Of a stretch of DNA of 64,000 nucleotides, positions 1 through 11,500 are shown in pieces. The stretch lies in NCBI GenBank assembly GCA_002633005.1, contig NMRA01000239.1:124497-188496 (forward strand). The letters run 5' to 3'. Positions within the stretch are counted from its first letter, which is position 1, and the number at the start of each line of letters is the position of its first letter. The translations under genes and the position numbers were made by a program. The notes under the pieces are model-generated. The model saw nothing but the letters and a program-made list of their open reading frames with translations. It made no database searches and was not told the origin of the DNA. This DNA comes from Phoronis australis (lineage: Eukaryota > Animalia > Phoronida).

Positions 1-69
1 CTATGTGTGTCGCTGGTGTACATGACTGTTATAACTGATGTACAGGGTGCGTTACAACGTGTTCATCAC

Positions 70-300
70 GACTAGTGACAAAAATTCCATTTTTTTACAC
101 CAATATCTTGAGTTCAATATCAATGAAGACCCCGCAATCAGTTCCAAATGGGAGGTTGGAGGGGCTTGAGGCCACGATAAAAACCATGAAAATCAAAAAA
201 CAGGTACTTATAGGCACCATCTCCACCCAGGACATTTTCGATAAAGCCATAGTCGACACAATATAAGGCACAGATGGTGTTCTTCATATTCGTGACATTC
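70..300 (+). mobile_element. Degraded, internally deleted Ty3/Gypsy retrotransposon relic
   Basis: Frameshifted gag-like QYLEFNINEDPAISSKWE / LEGLEATIKTMKIK, followed directly by RT-like GTISTQDIFDKAIVDTI*GTDGVLHIRD (region just before the YxDD-equivalent of K02A2.6-type RTs); in-frame stop. Confidence 0.5.
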
Positions 301-3011
301 CATCGGACATAGCTTCATGATCAAGTTCATAAAAGGCGACATCTAATCAAGTAAGAAAAAACCCCCAACCTCATTTGGCTGTCTCAAATACATGTAAAGC
401 TTCACCTGACGAAGTGATTGAGAAGAAAGAAAAGTGAACACCACAAAGCATGAAGATCATGTGGTTAGAAGGAGTTCATCCCACATGAAAAAATATTAGA
501 TCTTTGTGACCAAGCATTTTTTGGAAAATATACAATCAGTAGATGTCCACAATGAATCCTTGAACAAAGCTGGCCGGGAATTATTGGGGTGGCGAATGTC
601 ACATTCGCATGCATTATCAATGAGCATCCTGGGAAATGACATTGAAAATTTATCTAGCATGCTAATCCAGAAAATCGTAATAAAACTAAAAATGAAACTA
701 AAAACGATTGCTTTCCCCTTTAGTGTTGCTATAAAACCTGATATACAAGCCCATGGGTCTTATTAACAAAATAATACCTTATTTATTGATGATATTGATA
801 CATAAAACTTATTTTAGTAAATGTAACAGTATATATATATCTGCTTTGTATTTTAAAATATGAAAACTTTAACAACAAAACTGGCAACAATTAATTGGAA
901 AACTATATCATTAAGCACTACCCTGTTACCCAGATAGAAGCAAGTCTATAGCTTCACTTTGAGGAGATAGCTTCATAGCATGGCACCAGAATAGAAAAAT
1001 TAATGTTCGCCAAAATCTCCCCAGTGCTTCTACTCTAACAGCTTACGCATCTTGTCCATTAATTGCACCACTCAAGTTTAGGTGTACCATACTTCGGAAC
1101 AATCATAGTTGGTGGCACAACTTGAGTGCGCGCGGCATCAGTGCTTGTAATACACAATTACCACAGTTTTCGCAGGTTTGAGATGAGGCATCTCGTTTCA
1201 TATTACCAAGAGACCAATGCTTGAAGATTGTACACGAGGCTGAAAATAAAAAGCAATAGTTTTAATCATAAGCAACCATTAAAAATATTTCATCAAATGT
1301 GCTGAAATGATGCGCAAAGTTCATTACAGGCAAAAAGCCAATGTTGCATAACACCTAATATGCCTGTGTACTAATTTATGGAAACAACATGTTGTTTGTA
1401 CTTTTTACAGTACTCACGGTTATCTAGGATCTTAATAAACAACCTCAACTCTAAGTCAAATATCGAAAAAACTATCCTTTGCCAAGCATTAAAAGTATTT
1501 TTTAAGAGGAGAAAGATCGAGGATTCTAAAAATATGCTTCTTACTACTGTGCCTTTCTTATTGTCACACGGCCATGTTTTTAAGTAAAATTCTCATGTGC
1601 AAGAAGGGTACAGTCATAGCAAAATAAACCCCCAGCCGACTTTACTAAAACTTTTTTAAATGAAAACTTTAGGTTGTGTCTCAAAAACGCTGTAAGGAAT
1701 TTTTCATTATTCACTTAGTGGGTTTTATGCCAAATTAACTCGCAAAACGCAAGGCATTTTTGTAAAAAAACAGTGGTCTTATTCATACATCGCTCGGTAT
1801 GAGAAAACTAGGCATTTTAAAACAAAATACTAACAGCGTCCACTTTTTAGCATTGCCGAATATTTTACTTTTACATCTACAACACTAGAATTAACATTAT
1901 ACAACTGAGCAACACTACTATGATTTCTCTCTGCATAAAAGGAGTCGAAACATAGTTTTTCAGACATGGTTCAATATTATTTTACAATACTCAAGTCTTT
2001 TATTTGCGGCTTAGCCTCAAGTTTTGATCGTACACCGCGTTGTATTTAAGCAGATCTAAAATTATAGTGCATACATGCGTGCACCCAGCCCCCATTTGGG
2101 GAAGTGCGCAGAAAGGTCCGCCTCAGAGAAACGAAAACTACGAAAAAGTAGAAAATGAGACAAAAGTCCACTAAAAAGGTAGAACTACCAAAATTTGGCA
2201 AATACAAAAGTTCCAGTTAAACTACCGTATGTAACTAAACACACCTTAACAAGGGGTTTATGGCTCTGGGTGAGAAGATAATTGTTTGATTACCCCCTGT
2301 GAATCCCTGAATAGATGAGTTCCACTCCCCCTCCCAATTTAAATAACAGGGTTTAATTAAAAATACACATTTTCCAGCATGGTGTACCCCTATGCTCACA
2401 TTCTCTTCAAGACTGCTGACGATTTCAAATTCAAAGTCGAATTTTTTGGCTTCTCCCATGACGGGATTGACTTCGTTCAGAAATTGATCGCCAACAACTT
2501 GCTTAACCAAGTCTTCGTACCTATCAGCAGACGTAATCTTGACACAGATGATGAAGTTTTTATCGCCCAGTGGAGATTTTACTCTCTGGTATTCCACATT
2601 CCATCTTGTCTTAACATGAAGAGCAAAGTTTAGGCTTCTTGTTTTTTGCTTTTGGACAACCAGCTTGTCCCGGCTCATCGCGTGTTCGCTTCGACTTTTT
2701 CTTCAGTACGTCCAGCTTTTCTCGTTGCGATTTGACTGCTCCGGTGTCTTGTGGAGTGGATGGTCCTGCGAAGGCAGAGGCATCTGGTTCATCACAAAAA
2801 TACCTCAAAGTGCAAATGTCTCCAAGTGCCGTAAGATCCATGTCTGATTGTTGTTCAAAAGGCGCAACACTTTGACATCAATCTGCAATAAAGATATCGA
2901 GACGGACTCATTTGAAACAAATTTGCTGTACTTTCTAACTTTGTAAGCTCCAGAACAAGGAAAACAACTGCATTAGCTGTTATAGAACCGCCTTCTGTCA
3001 AAAACTGTTTT

Positions 3012-3513
3012 AAGTGTCTTTCATACTAACGTCGACGCATTGATGTTTTGGGAAGTTGCGGTCAGTATGAACGATTAACTTAGGTCATGAATCGAAGTTA
3101 GGTCCAGTTAACTTCGCACTAAACAGGTGGATTTAAGAGCGAAGCGTTGACGCTGAGGTGCAGTATGAACAGTCAACTTCGGTCCTATCGAAGTTATCAC
3201 CAGGTGCCACTGTTATCGTCAACAATTACAGGGTGCCGTCGCTAATAGTTGCTTATATCTCGCTCTTATAATTACCAACTGATTTAAAAATAAGTCTTAT
3301 GTCAATTAGCACATGTAAATGTTCCCAAATTGTCAGATTGAAAAAAATCTTAGAGTGCAGAGCTACCTTGCAATAACTTCAATGACGACAGCGTCACCTA
3401 CTGTTTACTTCGATGTTCATTAACTACCGAAGTCAGTATGAACGGTCCAGTCAACTTCGCAGTATATGTCGACGCTCCGCTCAGACAGGAGTTAAGTCAA
3501 TATGAAAAGGCCT
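3012..3513. mobile_element. Putative MITE with degenerate TIRs
   Basis: Ends gtctttcatact.../...aatatgaaaaggcct; internal cagtatgaac repeated 3 times. Confidence 0.4.
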
Positions 3514-3791
3514 ATAGTTTAAACCATTTAACAATAAATATTGAGGTTCATCTCAAGCAATAACGAAATCTTTCTAAATAGAAAAATTCCTTGATGGCTA
3601 ATATATATTTTAAGATAGCGTGTGTGAACATATGTCTACAACAGCAAAGCCTAAAACCGGTTTAGGTGTGTATTCACACGACACATGAACAGTTTTACTA
3701 AGTTTTGAGCGGCACTTCTAAATACACTTAAGAGAGATCAACCCCAGGGAATTTTCCGGGTTTAGAAACTTGCATGTTTACTATTTTGTTC

Positions 3792-4049
3792 TTCACCCGG
3801 GTGAAAATCATTTCCACACGGGCGGAAATAATTTCCATCTAGGTTGTAATTATTTCAACCTGGTGAAAATAATTTCTACCTATGTTGAAACAATTTCCAC
3901 CTGGATGAAAATAATTTCCACCTGGGTGAAAATAATTTCCACCTGGGTTGAAATTATTTCCACCTGGGTGAAAATAATTTCCACCCGGGTGAAAATAATT
4001 TCGACCTGGGTGAAAATAATTTCCACCCGGGTAAAAATAATTTCCACCT
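3792..4049. repeat. 21-bp minisatellite, ~12 copies
   Basis: Unit ttccacctgggtgaaaataat; explains the spurious ISTWVKI ORF. Confidence 0.92.
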
Positions 4050-4895
4050 AAGTAAAAAATAAAACATAAAAAATAATTAAATTTAAATAGTTATGATATT
4101 TTTGGGCCACTGCAGTTTTTGAATTTATTTCTAATTCAAATTTCATTTTTTTACGACGTACAATTGATTTATAAAGAAAATTCTTACTAAACCACAGTAA
4201 CTCCTGAAAACTGTTTTATTTTTCAAAGTAATACGATGTTCGTTTTGCAAAATTTCTCTACCTAACTAATTAGCATCAGGCCCAGGGGCAAAAATGTCCA
4301 GTCACAAGCAAAAAAAACTAAATTTATACTTTCTCTATTGAGTCAGTCTTCTGTACGCCCAAAGTATTAACAATTGCCAGTTTGATATCTACGCCATAGG
4401 CTTACAGCTGTAGGTCTATTTAGAAAAAAGCATTGTTCGCCTAAAACAAGATGTGTGTGTTACCCTGGGCTTAGGACTACTTTTGACTGGAGCAGTGGAG
4501 GATCTAAAATTACAATAACTCGAGAATCGGCACAAAATATCAAAATAAAATCAAAAAGATGCATAAATGACATCTCTAAAACTACCATTTCATTGAGACA
4601 AGTTCCAAGAGGTCCTGATGACATTTGTATTTCTATATGCTTTGCGAGCAACCATACAGTCATACAGTGTCAGTGTCTGTGTAGAGCGGGTGTGGAATCG
4701 GGAAATGAGTGCTGTCGTCTGCTACCCATCTCACTTCAAATACTGAGTTTTCATGTAAATCACGGAAGCACAAAACTTACTTTTGGGTATTTTTCGTAAC
4801 GTGTGTATGTGGTGCACATTTCATCTTCTCATTTTGAGCTTTTGAGCGTGTATTCGTCTTCCGTGCTGACATCGATATCAGACAGTTTCACACAC

Positions 4896-5371
4896 CAAGA
4901 TGGCTGCCCACTAAAAGTACGCAAAGTCACGTGATGCCAATCGAGAAAAAAATGAATCTATCCAAGAAGCAGTAACCGGGTTGCATTCCGTAAACGAAGT
5001 CAAAAAGCAAACTCATGGGTATATCTTGACAAGATGTCACCATGCATTACGTGGACTGTTCAAGGTTACACTAGCTTTTCTTGCAAGTGTTTTGGGTTTA
5101 CGGAATGTAGCCTGACTGGATCGCCACCTTTCGAAAACTTTTCGAAGCTAGAACTATATGAAGTTGACTTTTCAACTTAAAAATATCACTGATCATGACG
5201 AATTTCCTTTTTTATCTCTTTGTCGTAAAATTGCGTCATATGTCGCGTTTCCCTTACTAATTGGAACATTACACGTCATGAATGTCTATTCTGGGATGTT
5301 GATATGAAAAGAAACTAGTTTAGCGCGGACGAATAACTTACTTCCGTGACGTGTCTGAAAGGCCATCTTGG
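4896..5371. promoter_or_regulatory. OSBP promoter region, possibly bidirectional
   Basis: YY1-like CAAGATGGCTGCC (4896) and GGCCATCTTGG (5361); E-box GTCACGTGA (4926); CCAAT (4937); E2F-like TTTAGCGCGG (5319); ETS/CRE-like ACTTCCGTGACGT (5340). Confidence 0.55.
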
Positions 5372-5404
5372 ATTTTGGCCTGAGATGATCTCCAATCTGC
5401 CAAA

Positions 5405-5529
5405 ATGACGGATTCTAAAGTAATGCATTCAGACTCATACAAAGGATGGCTTTACAAATGGACAAACTATATCAAAGGTTACCAGAAACGGTGGTTCGTT
5501 TTGCAAAATGGTTTACTGTCGTACTACAG
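5405..5529 (+). CDS. OSBP: OSBP exon 1 (PH domain start)
   Basis: ATG...[42 protein letters not shown]; donor AG|gtatgc. Confidence 0.93.
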
Positions 5530-8500
5530 GTATGCTAAATCACTAAACAACATCCACTTCCGAGTTCCGATTTTCACGTCACAGTCACAAGTCACAGACG
5601 TCGGCCAAAACCTTCACTTCGTCTTCTATCGCTCTTATGATTGCTAATTTAGTGTTAGTTATATTTTATCTGAATTTTCTGTGATTGTAAAACGAATGTG
5701 AATATCAGCCACCAGTTCTAGTAGTACCTAACACTGACACTGGAGTTGAACTTGGGACTGGGCGGCACAGTGACCACCGTCTCTAACCGGCTAGAGATGG
5801 TTTAGCTCCTATAGGAGTTTCATATGCCAGAAGCTTTTCAGTAAATTATGCCTCACACTGACTAAAACATCAAAGTCATATTGTTATTAATACCTTTTAC
5901 ACATAGAGGGACATTTTAGGAGGCCACCAATGTATTTAATTCCTTCCAACTCGAAGAAATACTCCCGTTAGCGTTATCAAACCTTTTCTTTGAGCAGTCC
6001 TTTGTGTTCAGGTCCTAATATCGGAAACTAGCCATTTTTAACACTGTGTAGTAATAGCCGAGATCACCCGACTCGGGGATCGAACCTGCGACCCCCATAA
6101 AACCGGCAAGCGTGCTAACCATTCAGCTAATAGGCAATTGCCCGTTAGCGAGTAGCTAACAGAGGCTCATATAATTCACCGGAAGCACATCTACAACAAC
6201 TGCGCACGGCAAGTGGTATGACGATATATCCCCTGGCGTGCACAGTGTAATGTTGTATATGTGCTTCTGGTGAATCATATGAGCCTCTTGTTAGCTACTT
6301 GCTAACGGGCAATTGCCTATTAGCTGAATGGTTAGCACACTTGCCAGTTTTATGGGGGTCGCTGGTTCGATTCCGGATCAGGTAATCTCGGCTATTACTT
6401 ACTACAAATGGCGTAGTCGGCAAACGGATGATCTACCGATGAAGCACTGCCAACTAGTACCCACGGACCTCAGGATAGCGCGCATGAAAAGTTCCAGGAG
6501 TCGAGGAACTGTATGACGGACAACCTTGTGGTCACCTGTGTTGTGGTGGTAAATGTACCAAGGGAACGTTGATGATCTGTATGCGAGACATCCTGGTGGC
6601 TTGCCTGTTCTGTAAGAAAGGGGGGAATGTTGTGGATGTGCTTCCGGTGAATCATATGAGCCTCTGTTAGCTAGTGGCAGATCCAGGATACCATGAGGGG
6701 GGCCTTCTGGGAATTTGGCAAAGCGCGAGTGTATCTGCACAGGCACCCGAAAGTGGCGGGGGTCGGGGCTGTGAACTTCTGGTCTGAAAATCTTTCAGTG
6801 GACTAAAAAACTAAAAAAAAGGAAAAATGGGAACACGATTCCGCCGCCATCTAGGGTCTGAGCCCCCCCCCTCATCTGCTACCGGCCGTAGTTGCTGAAC
6901 TCAATATCCTCTCGCTTCTTCGTTTTGCTTGTGGCAGCCAAGGGGGTGGGTACCGAGTCCCTTGCCCCCTCCCTAAATCCGCCTATGTTAGCTACTCACT
7001 AACGAGCAATTGCCTATTAGCTGAATGGTTAGGACGCCTGCCAGTTCTATGGGGGTTGCTGCTTCGATTCCCGGGTTGGGTAATCTCGGCTATTACTACA
7101 GTAAAAAGGGCCAGTTACCGATTTTGGGTACTGAGCAAGGGACGATAATAGGAGAATTTCTTCAAGTTGGAAGGAATCAAAAACATTGATGGCCTCCTCA
7201 GGTGTCCCTCTATACGCAAAAAGTATTTATAACAATGTGACTTTGATAATGTTTTAGTCAGTGTGAGGCTTAATTCGCCGAAAAGGTTCCTGTGAATGAA
7301 GGCCCTATAGGAGCTACACCATCTCTAGTTGGTTAGAGACGATGGTCACTGTCTAGGGCAGCACTATCAAGTCTCTCGTTTGTGTAGACATTGACCACTG
7401 TCTATCGTCTGTGCTATTGTCTTTCCGCTTGGCTGGCAGATAGGTGACCTCCCATAACCATCTCTTGTGTTTTTCTGTTTGATCTTGCGAACATTCACTG
7501 TGTGGTGAGTCTGGTTAGGACACCTGGCATTGAAGCAAAAGGTGCTGGGTTCGAAACTTGGATTAGGCGATTTTTTACTATATTGGCGTGCCATGTTGGG
7601 CGCCATTTGTTGCCTGTTCACTCATGCGACTGACTAGCAGCAACAATGACTATATCAGTCATAGTAATAATATAAATATGTTGAAGGTATAACAGCACAA
7701 TGGTGGATCTTTGGGGGGGGGGTTGTGTTCAGAGGGTTTAAATCCCCCATGTTGGGACAGGATCAAAAATAAAAAATATTTAAAATGTTGCCAGCAAAAC
7801 GAAAAGCCAGCATAAGTAATCCCCAACTAAACCACCTCAAAAAAATTGAGTGGGTTTCACCCTGAAAATATAATTTCTTTGCATTTTGATTTGTTGTAAT
7901 CATGAAAAGCAAGGCATTTTGAGTGTTGGTGACTCATGGGCAAGTGTACGCGCGCTTCTGTCGACACCTCTGAAGTAGCCAAGCACTCTAGATGGATCCA
8001 CCGCGGAAAAAAATAAATATCTATAGCTGATATTTTTAGGCAGCTAGCGTCTTTACTCTAAGATATGTTTTGACATGATTAGGGAAAATACTGTGGTACC
8101 GCAACTCTGCTATTGAGGGAAACCAAAGTGCAATGTTTTTGCCTCACCTGTCATGCATTGTCATGCTGTTATACTCCTCACATTTGTAATATGAATTTGA
8201 TTGGTGTGTAAATAAGTTGTCTTGCGCAATAATCATATAGTGTACATGTAATCATGTAATGTGTTTATTTTAAAAAGTGATCGTTTTCCGAAAAATCGCT
8301 TGGCCCTTTGTAAGGACTATTGTGGCGAGCGCTGTGGATTGGTCACAAGTCCGTTTCATTATACACCTTAATAATTTAGGCCTATACCAGGCATGAACCG
8401 GGGAGGGGGGAGTGGGGAAGGATCTCGCGAGGTGATTGCATTCGCAAACAGGGTACAAAAATTGCAAGCAGACTGTAGTTTCTCAGAAAAGTCTTGAGGG

Positions 8501-11500
8501 ACTCACGTGGTGTTCAATATGCTTCCTAAGGAGTGCTGGTCCAGACCTCAACACTGACAGTCTTCCTACCTGCAAAATAAGCTGACACGAATAATTTAAG
8601 ATGAGAAATTTCTTTTTTAATTATTCCAAATTTGTTGTTTCACCCATCTGCACTAAATGTCTCCACACCTATGTGGTGAGACATCATTGTGAAATTTGAT
8701 GTCGTACTATTATTTAATCACATAATTACACAAACTCAATGCAAAATCAACATTTTTCAAATTAAGTAGTCAGTTATTTGAAATGGAAAATGATATTCAC
8801 ACTTTTTGAGTCAGTATACAGGTGCCTGAGCCGTGTTCATAACTGAGGAACTGTGTTTGTATGTGCATGAGACATGTTGGGTAGCCTGCTATTGGTTTTA
8901 TATGCGTGTTACCTTATTTGTACGTGTCGTGCACATTGTAGCGTAGTGGTACAGTATGTGAACACAAGCTGATGTAGATAACGATTTGATCGGCCTTACT
9001 GGTTACTGTTTGAAAGAGTGATGTTAAGTACTACATTGTTGCATGGTGGCATATATATTTACATGTTTTCTGATAGCACCTTTTATTTCTGATGAACTCA
9101 GTTCAAATGTGCAATTTCTTTGTTTTGATGTTTACCCATTGGTTTCCAGGAGCCAGGCTGAGATGGCGCACTCCTGCCGCGGCACCATCAACCTGGCGAA
9201 AGCTTTTATTCACACCGAGGACTCGTGCACGTTTGTCATTTCTAATGGAGACACAACAATATTTCATCTGAAGGCCAGCTCTGAGGTCGAGCGTCAAAGA
9301 TGGGTGACAGCGTTGGAACTTGCTAAGTCAAAAGCAGTCAAGATGCTGGAGTCTGGTACGTGCTCTCCTAAAAGTGAACTGCTATGTTTTTGCCATCATG
9401 AAAAGCTGAGTTTTTCATTAAAAATTCTTCAAAAAGGAGACATTGAAAAATGCTTTGCTCAAAGCTGGAGCGTGTACTAAAATTTTAGAAATAGGCAATA
9501 CTGACCATCCCAAATTCAAGAATCACCAGAAAGCCGGCAAAGTTAATCGTGTCCAAAATTCTGGACTTAATATCTTACGATACAGGATTCACATGTTTTA
9601 CTGTTAACTTTGTAACATCTCACTAGTCAGGAACATCCCCGACTTTATCCATTAGTGATTTTGTACTGCGATTATAAACCAAAGCAATCATGTTAACAGG
9701 TAAAATACCCTTCGAGGAACCCAACAAATTGAACAGCTATGTAGATGTGTCTGCTATCCATTGATTAAAAAAAATAATTGAGGGGATCAGATACACGTTG
9801 TACCAGATGTGCGCAGACTGGGCATGTGGGCCCATTGCACTGTTCACCTAGAACCATTTAATATATAGTTGAAACCAAGCTGAGGAGCTGGAAATCTGGC
9901 TCCAGGGTTTTAGCTGTGGGACCCAGTGGGACTCGAACCCGCAACCCCCAGTAAAGAAAGCAGGCACCTATCATCTTCTGTTTTAACCACAACTGGTTTT
10001 TTGACATATTTTTCTCNCGCATTTTGAGTGTTGGTGACTCATCGGCAAGTGTACGCGCGCTTCTGTCGACACCTCTGAAGTAGCCAAGCACTCTAGATGG
10101 ATCCACCGCGGAAAAAGTAAATATCTATAGCTGATATTTTTAGACAACTAGCGTCTTCTTTAAGATATGGTTTGACATGATTTGGGAAAATACTGTGGTA
10201 CCGCAACTCTGCTATTCAGGGAAACCAAAGTGCAATGTTTTTACTTCACCTCGCGAGGTGATTGCATTCGCAAACAGGGTACAAAACTAAGAAATTGCAA
10301 GCAGGCTGTAGTTTCTCAGAAAAGTCTTGAGGGACTCGCGTGGTGTTCAATATGCTTCCTAAGGAGTGCTGGTCCAGACCTCAACACTGACAGTTTTCCT
10401 ACCTGCAAAATAAGCTGACACGAATAATTTAAGATGAGAAATTTCTTTTTTAATTATTCCAAATTTGTTGTTTCACCCATCTACACTAAATGTCTCCACG
10501 CCTATGTGGTGAGACATCACTGTGAAATTTGATGTCGCACTATTATTTAATCACATAATTACACAAACTAAACGCAAAATCAACATTTTTCAAATTAAGT
10601 AGTCAGTTATTTGAAATGGAAAATGATATTCACACTTTTTGAGTCAGTACACAGGTGCCTGAGCCGTGTTCATAACCGAGGAACTGTGTTTGTATGTGCA
10701 TGAGACATGTTGGCTAGCCTGCTATTGGTTTTATATGCGTGTTACCTTATTTGTACGTGTCGTGCACATTGTAGCGTAGTGGTACAGTATGTGAACACAA
10801 GCTGATGTAGATAAAGATTTGATCGGCCTTACTGGTTACTGTTTGAAAGAGTGATGTTAAGTACTACATTGTTGCATGGTAGCATATATATTTACATGTT
10901 TTCTGATAGCACCTTTTATTTCTGATGAACTCAGTTCAGATGTGCAATTTCTTTGTTTTGATGTTTACCCATTGGTTTCCAGGAGCCAGGCTGAGATGGC
11001 GCACTCCTGCCGCGGCACCATCAACCTGGCGAAAGCTTTTATTCACACCGAGGACTCGTGCACGTTTGTCATTTCTAATGGAGACACAACAATATTTCAT
11101 CTGAAGGCCAGCTCTGAGGTCGAGCGTCAAAGATGGGTGACAGCGTTGGAACTTGCTAAGTCAAAAGCAGTCAAGATGCTGGAGTCTGGTACGTGCTCTC
11201 CTAAAAGTGAACTGCTATGTTTTTGCCATCATGAAAAGCTGAGTTTTTCCTTAAAAATTCTTCAAAAAGGAGACATTGAAAAATGCTTTGCTCAAAGCTG
11301 GAGCGTGTACTAAAATTTTAGAAATAGGCAATACTGACCATCCCAAATTCAAGAATCACCAGAAAGCTGGCAAAGTTAATCGTGTCCAAAATTCTGGACT
11401 TAATATCTTACGATACAGGATTCACATGTTTTACTGTTAACTTTGTAACATCTCACTAGTCAGGAACATCCCCGACTTTATCCATTAGTGATTTTGTACT

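Larger units (their letters stand above)
5768..7351. mobile_element. Palindromic (fold-back) MITE hosting nested insertions
   Basis: Left arm 5768-~6046 (CAGTGACCACCGTCTCTAACC...) is the diverged reverse complement of right arm ~7101-7351 (...GGTTAGAGACGATGGTCACTG); central remnant at 6199-6250. Confidence 0.85.

Noticed and set aside
3770-4051. 93-aa ORF with ISTWVKI repeats
   Set aside because: Translation of a 21-bp minisatellite.
9150-11188. Mutually exclusive duplicated PH-domain exons in OSBP
   Set aside because: The exon copies look identical, flanking introns are near-identical, and the junction is an N; an allelic assembly duplication is far more likely.
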